In this document: positions 53,940 to 64,000 of the stretch, piece after piece
Position numbering within the stretch: position 1 is the stretch's first letter
Layout of the letters: each line of letters begins with the position of its first letter
Assembly: GCA_973851085.1 (NCBI GenBank)
Contig: OZ316775.1
Coordinates: 22,382,001-22,446,000, forward strand
DNA: 64,000 nt
Source: Ptychomitrium polyphyllum
Lineage: Eukaryota
Reading direction: 5' to 3'
Notes under the pieces: model-generated
Told to the model about the DNA's origin: nothing
What the model saw: the letters and a program-made list of their open reading frames with translations, nothing else
Databases searched by the model: none
Program-made: the position numbers and the translations under genes

Positions 53940-55809
53940 AGGTGTTTTGAATGGTGTTCTTAGATTCTTAGATCGGTACAAATATGCGGATGCCGAGATT
54001 TTAATGTTGTCCGAGTTTGGTTCAGAATTGTGATGAAGATTTACTGAACTTTGTATGGTACCGTTTTGCAATTTATTTAACTTGTAGTGTAGGGTGTACA
54101 CTACACTTTATGGTACTTTGTTGTACTATCTTTTATATGTGTTCATTGTTGTACTCCTGGATTTCAAATACAGTTAGAGTGGAAGACGAAATGAGATCCA
54201 AAGCTTACATTCATTAACACTCCACTACTACCAGCTCTTGTGTCCCGTTGATTGCCTTTAGATGTTGACTGACGACTCTCTAGATTCGCTTTTTTTTCCG
54301 TGTTAGTTTCTGTCTCAGAGGACGATCATCATCCAATAAAAACAAATGGTTAGTTGATCATGCTACCTCTCTACCCTTCTAGCAGTTGGCAGCTGGCTAC
54401 CAGCAGAGATTTAAGTTAAACCGGGGGTCCAGGTATATACCGGGGAATAAGGGTTCTGAAGGTGTCCAGAGAGCCCATGACGTGTTTGCTCAAGCGCCTC
54501 ATGCCATCCAAATAGGAGTAACGGTAGGAGTGGCAGTGAGCAGGTAGCTTAAGGAGCTAGAGAATAGAGGAGTTCAGCCCTCTTAACTCAGGGCGTATGT
54601 TCCAAACTCCACGATCTAAAGAGGCACCAATCTCTACAGCACTGCTCCTGTGCGAATTTTCTTTCAATGTGGGTTCTGATGAAAAGAATACTAGTAACTT
54701 ATGATGAATAGTGCCCTAAGCTTCCAGCACCTGTGAACAAATTAAAGATTTCTGGACAAAAGTTTTGTACATAGGCAAGGAATAAGTAATATGCCCTGCG
54801 ATTATCATTTTCTGTTGTAATATTGGAGCCTTCTTGAAATTGTCATTGCACTTACATCTGTGTTTTTTAAATGAAATATTTTTTAACAAAATATTACATG
54901 CTGAAATTAGCACCAATGTTTTGTTTCTCTGAATCGGAGGATTCTTCAAAAGCTTGTTCTTAATGGCACAAAACAAAACGTACCTTGTGAAACCCATACC
55001 GTGACTGTGTGAGTTGTAAAGTGATTCTCAAATACTTGGATTATTAGTAACATGTATAACAGTTTTTAAGATATTGAGTGCCTAATCAATTTCCATGTGA
55101 CATTATACAATAACCATTTGAAATAATTTTGAAAAGTGCACAAGCATATCTATAAATATATAACGATTTTAAACAAGGTCTTTTTGCAAAACTCCAGCAC
55201 TTTCCTGCATAGTCTTTCAAAATCTTAGAACTACAGTATTTGTTCTTTATGGTTTTTACTTATTTTCTAATTTTCTTTCCTGCTTTACATTCTTTGATGT
55301 ATTTATGTGTTTCGGGTGTTTTAGTAACAAGTCTTGAAGCAAGACGTAACAAATAATTATTGTAAACTTCTGCAAACACTGTATGGACATTTCACAAGCA
55401 TTCCCTCATTTTTCGAGTTGATCTTTGAGTAAAACTACATTAGACAAGTAATTCAAGCTTGGGATACTGTACAATATCTACATACTGTACTGCAGTAATA
55501 TTGTGACATTCCGAATGAGATATGATTTTTGAGTTTATCCTGGTTTTTGAGTTTAACTTTTATGAGGATTATTGGAAAAGTAGCAACAAGAGATCTTAGT
55601 TACAGATCCATAAGTGAATATGTCTTACAAGACATCATGAATGCCCTAGTCTTGGGGGCTGAAATGTCATAAGTTGGGACTCCAAAATGTCTCCATGTAA
55701 CAAATATGGCGGAGTTTACACACTGGAATTTGAAAGGTACTTCATAAAATGTTGAGATTTGTGTATTAAATATCAATATTAGAAATTGCCTTAAGTATGG
55801 CTAATTCTT

Positions 55810-55973
55810 AAATCAAATATTAGTTCTTCCAATAGTGTCGTAACTGTTAGTTTTTCTAATAGTGTTGTAACTGGGGTCACGACATGAAGCTCATCCAATC
55901 AAATTGCAAGTGGGGTATTCCAATCCGGGGGACGTTGAATCAGTATTCGGTAAGGTTCAATCGTACCTACATT
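55810..55973 (+). repeat. ~160-bp diverged dispersed repeat (partner 50561-50717)
   Basis: See partner; this copy has an extra internal duplication of aatagtgt(c/t)gtaact. Confidence 0.85.
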
Positions 55974-56482
55974 CAGGAACCAATTGCAAGAATATAAACA
56001 CAGGAAGAACTTACATTAAGAATTTGTGCATGACACCCTTGACTTTCATAATAATGTTTGTAGAGGCTTTCTTTTGTGATGTTATTGAAATTAAGAAGTC
56101 CATCACATTTCAAAAACTGTCAGAAATCGTCAGTGTTATTGTGGTGCTGGAAGGGTTCAAATTGGCGACACTTCTCATGCCGCATTTGATCCTGAGTATA
56201 ACGGTCGAAATGGGTGGCAACAACACTGTCCCTTTAGCTGCCAATGATGGAAATGGGGTGCTAAAGGAACATATTATGAGACGGTGGTGAGCTCTCAGTA
56301 CAGTGATTAGATCCTTTTATATCTGAACCCCCATTAGAAAAAATATATTGTTTCAGACAAAAGGGTCAGAAAAATGATTGAGAGAACACCCCATTCCGAT
56401 GGAGATAGATTTCCATCCTTTTTGCAATGCTATTATTTCGCCAATAATAAAGCTATTAGACGTATCAGCAATGAAATGTTAG

Positions 56483-59400
56483 TTACGTGACAAAGCTGGG
56501 CAAGCTGCTAGCCATCGCAACATCAATCCAACTGCGCATTTTGACATGAAGAGATCCTGAGGATATTATCCTTATCTTACACAATTGAGGTTCTGCGCTA
56601 GCTTGGGACGCCTCTTCTGATCTATTAGCGCGACTATCATCACCTTGCATCCCACCCCAAGACTCACTTCCTATGAAAACAAATTGGCCTGGTTCAGCTG
56701 TTGCACGTAGTATTTGCGACACCTGATCGATAGCTTTTCCCCCATTATACTCCACCTACAAATATGGGTCACATGATGAATGCCACCATTGCACTCAATC
56801 AGAACTGAGCTACTAAGATCACTTCTTGCTTCCCTAGGAATTTGTGGCATTGCCAGGACAGGGAGAACTAGCTGCCACCAGTATCAGAGCACAGGTAGGA
56901 AAGGTGAAAGTGTAAAAGAAAGATAAATTATGCAGGGAAGGAACCCAAACCTGTGCAGAAAGATTATTGGAAAAGTACAACGTCACACTCCCTTCGCTTG
57001 CATCTATATCAATCTGATTGTCATCACATGCAATAGGAAAATCCTGTCATATAACCAACTACCTTTTATGCATCGAAGGTCAATTACATAATCGTCTAAG
57101 TTTAAAGTATCAAATGCTCTATTACCCGATCAGTAGTTCCATAGTTTCCTACGATAAACAACATGTTATACGAATTTTAGCAGTTAATCATTTTCCAAAA
57201 CTTTAAGTAATTATCACTTGTCTGTGAGAGCGCTTTTGACATAGGAACTGTTTTGCTCAACTGAGGTTATTATTGGTGCAGAGACAGTGACGTTTCATTA
57301 TCTTTGGCTACAGAGACCTTATTTATCCCAACTTATATATCTACTACAGACAAACCTTAACATTTTACCTCTCGAGCATGCTCATGTAGTTGCAATGACA
57401 CAGCACCTCCACTTGTCACGATGCTTGCCTTACTGAAGTAGAGTATTTGAATTAGTACCTCGAAGAGACGTGTACACTTTCCTCAATAAATGACAGCAAC
57501 GGTCCAAACTCTGTTCAACCTTTACCGGTTCTGCGTTACCAATTCAAGGAAACTAGGAAGCGTTGGAGGATTCACGAAAGGATTCCCCACAATGATGCAG
57601 TGTTCGGCTTACATACTCCTTACATTAAGGACTTGAAAGTAATCACCACTTTGTATTGACAGGTGTTTATTTTGGGGCTGGAAGCATTCGAGAGCTATAA
57701 CAATATGCTTTAAAGGACCACTGTATCTACTAAACAAGAGAAGATTTGCTAGCGAAGAAGATGTTCCACAAAATACAATGACTGATATAAGGAGTTAGCG
57801 TACCCATCAATTCCGGTTATCTGAACTAATCCACCTTCTGTTGATACCTGTAAAGCCAAAGTAAATGGACTCGGTCACCTCTTATATGTACCTTCATAAG
57901 CTAATAGACTGGTTTCACCTAAATCAAACTTGATTCAAAATAAACCATATAAAAGAGTGAGCCTCATCGTAAAGAACTCAACCTCAACCAAAAAGACTTC
58001 AGTCCTTAAAAACAAGATCCTCTCTGGAAGCCGCATTCTTCCGCCATCCAGAGAGAAAGTCTAATATTATTGAAAGCTAACGTACCAGAGCACTATCTTG
58101 CGCCTGAATATGCTTCGCTTCAAATGAACCACCACTTGATTTCATCACCACATCTATAAAGTGACCAATGAAGTGCAACATTTAAAATCAGCTCTAAAGA
58201 TAGGCAAAAGACCAAGATAGCATTGAAAGCTTGCAGTAGGTTGTCTTACATGACCAGAAATTTTCAGCTTCTTCATCAACAATTTCAAAAAGCACCGTGA
58301 AAGTCAGCAAGAAAGGCATCACAAGACTGAAGATCGACGGCTTCTCTAGGTCTAAGAGGTGCTTACCATTGCCATAAAGAGAACCAATGTAAATATCGCC
58401 TCCACTAGTATCTACATCAATGGTTGTGCCCACCAAGCGTTTTATAGAAACATCACCCCCAGTCGTTTTTATTACTGAATCTGCAGAAACCTGGCACAGC
58501 ACCGTAACGCATGACAGCATGAGCACATATGCCATAATCCCCTTTCCATGTTCAACAATAATAATAGACGACCGCAGCCGGTACCTGTTTCTTCACAAAC
58601 ACTGATGGTTGCCTTGGCTGATGTATCGATTGGCTACAATTAAAAATACAGAGATATATAGCTTTGAAAGCAAGGTCTAGTGATATCTTTTATAATTGGA
58701 AAGCCTGCGAAAATTACCACTTCAGCCGTGAAACAACCACCATTCGTCAGAATCTTGGCCACTCCTCCCCGCATATCACCTATTAGCGGTAGAGACAGAA
58801 GGACCCTCAATATATTAGCGCCTCTACCTCTGCGAAAACAAAGCATGCAACTTGCTTTTTGAGGTGAGTCAAACTGATCAGCAGGAGAGCCTCACCAAGT
58901 GTCACGTGGCCACCAGAGGTTTCAACATTCAAGGTCCCTTCTTTCTGCAACAGGCCCCACACAAGTAATCGTCATCAAAAGAGTGCAGGAAAACAGAGCA
59001 TCGTAAACTTGAATGTGCTACTATGGAGAATGTCATTGAGGCAACACCTTAAGAGTACTCAGGATTGAAATAATTTTGAAGAACATGTTACAGTTGTAAA
59101 TGGTGAAGTATATTCATTGTCTACAACATAAACGAAAGTTACAACGGCACAGCTAATTGACCAATCTTCCCGCTACCATAATCACTATCAGTAATTCCTG
59201 ATGTAACATACTGCCCATAAAGCAATGTTATGGTGCGTGGATTTCCTGTTGGACAAGGTTCACTTGAGATAGTCCCCATAAAGGATTATTAAGAAAAGAA
59301 GAATGTAGATGAGCACTTTTGAATGGCACTGATGATCTACACTCATGTTTCTCGCTAAGATTTAGGAACATGTTGAAGGCCACATCTCAAAAGAGGTAGG

Positions 59401-61372
59401 TGAAGCCTCAAATTTGAACATACCAAGCATGATATAAAATTTCCTACAAAATGAAGTGCTCAGATGCTTCTCATTGAGGTGATATTGTTGTGCAGATCCT
59501 CACCAGGCTTTGGATGCGAACTGGATTCTGTTTAGCCTCCACAAACAAGCTGCACCAGCGTGCAGGCATGGCAGCCGTGATACCCTCCGGAGATACGCTT
59601 CCTTCCAGTGCTGGACCTCCATGTCCTCGAATGTATCCTAGTTTTTGCAAGTCTGTTTAAGCCAGTTATTCTCAGACTACAACCAAAATTCAAGGGACCT
59701 CGAGTAGCCACCAATACCTAGGATGGCATAACAAATAGGCTCACACCAACAGCACAATCTCACACGTCTCAGCAGGGTTAGATTTGAGGTTTTGGGAAAC
59801 TTACTAACAAAATTTGGAGACTCTATCAGTTGAAAATCTGACCAGTCACCAGCTCTATGTCCAGCCTTCCAACGTGTCTGCAAAATGATATCAGAAACAG
59901 CTTGATGACGACAAGAACCGAATTCTCCCCGCAAATTGAAAAGCATGTTATATCGAAAGTTGCATAAGTACAAGCTCTAGCTTGGTTAGCGACTAGAGTC
60001 AATAATCACGACTTCGCCAGCAATGGAAATACTCACCTCTAAAACAATTTCCTCCAGACTGTCTCCCGTCACAACATCTACATCTGTGTCCGATCCAGCC
60101 ACACATATCTAAATCACATTCCAATTTAGCAGTCACTTGAAAAAAACATGAACAGGCAGTCTCCAACAGTTTATTACGACCAATTTGAGAAAAGAATCGT
60201 AAAACCAAAATTATTTAGGCCGAACTCTACTTTGATGTAACTTACTATGTGTAACAGATTACAAAAGGCTATAGCCAAGTTTTTACTACGTGACAAAAGT
60301 GGGACCAGCTACATACCTGCAACTCAGCGCCCACTTTCACAGGCACACGCTTAATAGAGACATCTGCTACCTTGATTCTCAAATCCTTGGTTCTCAGCTC
60401 GGGGCTCGTTGTGAAGCAATGTCTGCCCCATTCCCCATAACATCTCTTTACCTCTGCAGATGTCCAGTTACCTGTGAAGCAATTATTTAATGCATACTAG
60501 TTTCTCTTTCGAATAGGAACAGAGAACGACAGAATGAGCACCATTCAGAGAAAGGCCTCTCCCAAATGGCCTGAATCCTTCCTGAAGCTCGTCCTAAAAC
60601 CTTTCAATCATATGCCAGTGACGATGGCCTATGTCAGCATCAATCTACTCAACCTCCGAAGTAAAAAACTCAATGCAAAATGCAACTAGAGATTGTTCCA
60701 TCGCTTCAACAATTAGCCGAATCATCGATTTGATGTAGCATTCAAACTACCAAACCCCGCCGGTTCCCCTACCCCCCAAATAACCCAATTAAAAATCTAC
60801 ATAGAGATGCATGTAAATACCCCTCAAGGTTATATTCATTCAATATCAGTCACCGTCACATGTTCCACGAGCTCCTCAATAAGACTATGCAAAAACAAAT
60901 TCCAGTGAATTCCATTGTACATATGATGTGAACGTACTGTATCAAAACCATAACCTAAAAGCCTGCAATTAGCCCCAAAATTTACAACCTCCACAACAGA
61001 GGCGACCCTCCCCTACAGAGGCGACCCTCCACTACAGAGGCGACCCTTCACTGCCTCGCCTCAGATCGGATACGAAACACACTAAAAACATAAAACAGGT
61101 AGAAAAACTCAAACTTTTCCCATAAGCAGTGTGCAAATGCGAAAAAGGAGACACTCAGCACCTCCTGTAGCGAATGCCCACTTTGGACTCTCCTCGGAAA
61201 ACCTGGTGGCTCGATCGGTAGGCCGGTAATCACCACGACGCACGCCATCCCGCAACGCCAGAAGAGTCCGACGGACAGAAAGCCAGTTTGCACTCCGCCC
61301 CTGCACACCCAGATACGCAGTTGACAGCGCCCCATTTGGCAGAAATGTATGACCTTGAAACAAGTTGCTCAC
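56483..61372 (-). CDS. FAM185A-like / DUF4097 (adhesin-like beta-repeat) protein; exons incl. ~61162-61372 (start uncertain), 60317-60471, 60037-60108, ~59810-59878, 59504-~59637, 58896-58944, 58718-58779, 58367-58490, 58086-58153, 57804-57847, 57369-57432, 56951-~57043, 56483-56755
   Basis: Phase-compatible GT-AG exons give repeated T/S-x-G-G-x-V/I units (ETSGGHVTL, LTNGGCF, KTTGGDVSI, DTSGGDIYI, KSSGGSF, STEGGLVQI, VTSGGAVSL). These are preceded by MPARWCSLFVEA and end ...KMRSWIDVAM...*. Confidence 0.8.
60997..61046. repeat. 18-bp tandem repeat (acagaggcgaccctcc-based), ~3 copies, intronic
   Basis: acagaggcgaccctcccct / acagaggcgaccctccact / acagaggcgaccc. Confidence 0.85.
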
Positions 61373-61646
61373 AGTGCCAACAATGATGGCAACACAATGA
61401 TCAACTGAAGAGTTGCATGCAACAGGTGCAGAATTGGTTTAGTCGTACCATGGTGTGGGATGGCGACATGGGTGGGCCGTGAAGCGCTAGTGCTGCAACT
61501 CATGATCGGCGCTGCAAAACACAGTTTGACATGCAATTCTGCCCTCATCTCCGTTGTTGGGTCACGGCTCGGCTAGGCCTCAACACCAATCTCCGCTGTG
61601 TCCGGATATCCACGATGCGGGCATAAACCTGGGCGAGTCTCTCCCG

Positions 61647-61689
61647 GTTCGTTCGTTCGTTCGTTCGTTCGTTCGTTCGTTCGTTCGTT
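61647..61689. repeat. (GTTC)n microsatellite, ~10 units
   Basis: gttcgttcgttc... Confidence 0.95.
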
Positions 61690-61879
61690 GCTAGAGGACC
61701 GTGTAGTTGTGAGGTCGGTTGCCTTCATTGTAACCAGGTTTCGGCCTACGCAGGTCTCACCTGGTTCGTTTGTTCCCTCAGATTCTTCACCTTGTCAAAA
61801 CATTACCCTTGCAATTCTGAGTATATTCAGAAGTTTTAAACTTGGAACTAGGTGATAATTGGGTGATAATTAGTTGGCA

Positions 61880-62060
61880 CAGGTAGCATAGGTGGTACTT
61901 GGATAGCATAGGTGGTACTTGGGTGGTACTTGGATGATACATAGGTGATACTTGGATGATATTTTGGATGGTACTTGGATGATATTTTGGATGGTACTTG
62001 GATGATATTTTGGATGGTACTTGGATGATATTTTGGATGGTACTTGGATGATACTTGGGC
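61880..62060. repeat. Minisatellite of 11-12-bp subunits forming a 23-bp period (ggatgatattttggatggtactt), with degenerate flanking copies
   Basis: Four consecutive 23-bp units at ~61954-62045, plus ggtggtacttgg and gcataggtg variants upstream. Confidence 0.9.
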
Positions 62061-63107
62061 ATGGATTGTAGATGTGATTATTAAATCAAATCCAGTGTCT
62101 TAATTTTTGTAATTCTAATTTGGACATAAAGTATTTATGAACGTTTCCAACTAAAAACCTCTTGCTAGAACCAAAAAAGTCTTGAAAATCGTATAATGAA
62201 ATAAAATGGAAGAGTTTTGAAGGTAATTTTATAATAATCAATGTCATTACAACCATCATAATTTTGTATGAATCTTATGAATTCTACATTACTAAGGTAT
62301 AATGAGACGGTTAACATAATTCTCAAAAGACATGCATACCATTAATTTGTCCAACAAAAAAGCCGGTTGATATCTTTGCCAAATTTACAATCATTGGAGC
62401 CATTGATTTGTAGCTTATACCGCAATATTAATTCTTTATATAGTTATTTTCTTTTGTTTAAATTAATTAGAGATTTTTTAGATTTATTTTGGATTACTTT
62501 ATATGAAACTAATATAAAAGATTTCACTAAATCTCAAAATTTTTGTGAATTTTGAATTGCCAAATTTATAGAAAAAAACTTTTAACCAATATAACAATGC
62601 CTTTAAATTTTAAACATTACCATAGTTTGATTAATGACAATAACATTCAAAACTTAAAGCCTCATATTTATTGATTTGTAGAAGTTTTTTTAATACATTT
62701 TATATGATATTGATAAGAAAAATGAAATAAGCATCATTAAATCAAGAATTAGGTAAATCAAACATCAAAATGGAAATTCAAAGAACGAAATGATAATAAT
62801 AAGACTTATAATTAATTTTGTATATGAATGACATAATATTAATTTTTACTATAATTTCTATATTTTACTTAAAATTTGGATAATGTGAAGTCTTTTTGAA
62901 CATTGGTTGTAATATTTTACATGTTAAATGTCCAAATTAATAATAAATTGACATTATTTCAACATTTTAACATTTTTATATGAGTAAAGTTTATACAAAA
63001 AAATTTCATATGCAATTTATACAATTTGAAGCCACTTCCATTGCTAAGACTATTTATAAGAATAGTAATGGAAGCCTCTATAAGACTTTAATATAATATG
63101 GAGTTTA

Positions 63108-63216
63108 CAAGAAGCATCTAGAATAGTTGGCATCCAATCAAAACCATCAAACTTATCCATCTAATGGCCCTCATTATAGCCTTAGAAGCCTCTAGAAGCA
63201 AGTCCCGTATAAAAAC
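63108..63216 (+). promoter_or_regulatory. HSP90 promoter: heat-shock-element-like nGAAn arrays, CCAAT and TATA box
   Basis: agaagcatctagaa (~63110-63123), ccaat (~63134), agaagcctctagaag (~63185-63198) and tataaaaa (~63208-63215). Confidence 0.65.
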
Positions 63217-63430
63217 CGCCACCTACTTTGTGCTTCTTATTGTCTTTTTGTTTGTTGCTTGCAAATCTCACCTACTTCGTGCTATTGCCTTCTTCTTAGA
63301 CTCAAACAATTGATCTCTTTTCTTATAGCGCTTCTTTACAAAATTAAATTTATTATTTTAAAGGAAATACCATTTATTTTTGGTTTTTTTTGTCAAGGTG
63401 GTTAGGTTAAGTTGTAACGTAGCATCTAAG

Positions 63431-63571
63431 ATGGCTGAAGTAGATCCTACAGCGGGTGTAGAAACATTTGCTTTCCAAGCTGAGATCAACCAACTATTGA
63501 GTTTGATCATCAACACTTTCTATAGCAACAAAGAGATCTTCTTGCGAGAGTTAATTAGTAATTCTTCTGAT
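63431..63571 (+). CDS. HSP90: Cytosolic HSP90, first coding exon (gene continues beyond the window)
   Basis: [47 protein letters not shown] contains the HSP90 signature [10 protein letters not shown] and is followed by a gtaagt donor. Confidence 0.95.
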
Positions 63572-63644
63572 GTAAGTGATGTAGTTTTTTCATGATTTCT
63601 ATAGATTAAGTTACTATATATTATGAAGAAGGCGTTCAGTTCAT

Positions 63645-63955
63645 GATAAAACATTGTGTTTGTTATATGATTATAGCATTAGGATTTTAGGGTTATAATG
63701 TTGCAATTTATTAGTGTTAATAATTAAGTTGTTGTTATGAAAGATTTCTTGTTGTATAGACAATGAAACATTGATGTTTGTTATGTATCAAGAAGGTTGA
63801 ACTTTTGAGGGCTATGATGTTGTAATTTGTTGCTACATGAGATTAAGTTGTTGTCATGAAGTGTAAGTGGTTGCATTAATGATGAAATATTGGTATTTGT
63901 TATGTATTTTTAAGTTTAGGTCTTAAGGGGGTATGATGTTGAAGTTCATGTTGCT
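63645..63955. repeat. Degenerate ~117-bp tandem repeat (~2.6 copies) in the HSP90 intron
   Basis: Recurring at(a/g)aaa(c/t)attg..tttgttat, (t/g)ggg..atgatgttg and attaagttgttgt(t/c)atgaa, with units starting near 63646, 63762 and 63881. Confidence 0.75.
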
Positions 63956-64000
63956 GTGTCGTTGACGGTTTTGAGCCATTGGAACGATGGGAGTGTTTTC

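Noticed and set aside
55904..56290. 128-aa ORF
   Set aside because: Non-ATG start, begins inside a dispersed repeat, no recognisable domain.
61880..62060. CRISPR-like regular repeats / ORF 61787-62062 (KYHPSTIQNIIQV repeats)
   Set aside because: No unique spacers; a simple minisatellite in a eukaryotic genome, and the ORF is a by-product.

Overview
Eukaryotic land-plant DNA, most likely a moss of the Physcomitrium/Funariaceae type (inferred from GT-AG multi-exon genes, a chromodomain-bearing Gypsy relic and long AT-rich CpG-depleted TE decay). Recognisable genes: the 3' end of an RNI-like LRR gene (1-1314), a complete NDL/NDRG-family gene (4534-6944), an F-box pseudogene (29782-31014), an ARGLU1-like RS/Glu-rich gene (34214-36937), a FAM185A/DUF4097-like gene on the minus strand (~56483-61372) and the first coding exon of a cytosolic HSP90 (63431-63571). 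A decayed two-LTR chromovirus (18350-23124) sits inside an older AT-rich block with probable MULE/SWIM transposase remnants. The most unusual structure is at 42.1-53.9 kb: a ~3.08-kb near-perfect inverted duplication. Each arm carries an identical intronless gene for a 148-aa secreted, very hydrophobic protein. The arms enclose a ~5.1-kb AT-rich but CpG-retaining segment with an intact intronless 202-aa ORF that resembles a ciliate-type protein family yet reads in the standard genetic code. That segment ends at a 100-N gap followed by an 83-bp third copy of arm sequence. It is therefore either a contaminant mis-joined inside a hard-to-assemble palindrome (favoured) or a recent horizontal insertion. 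All family assignments come from manual reading and motif recall, not database searches.
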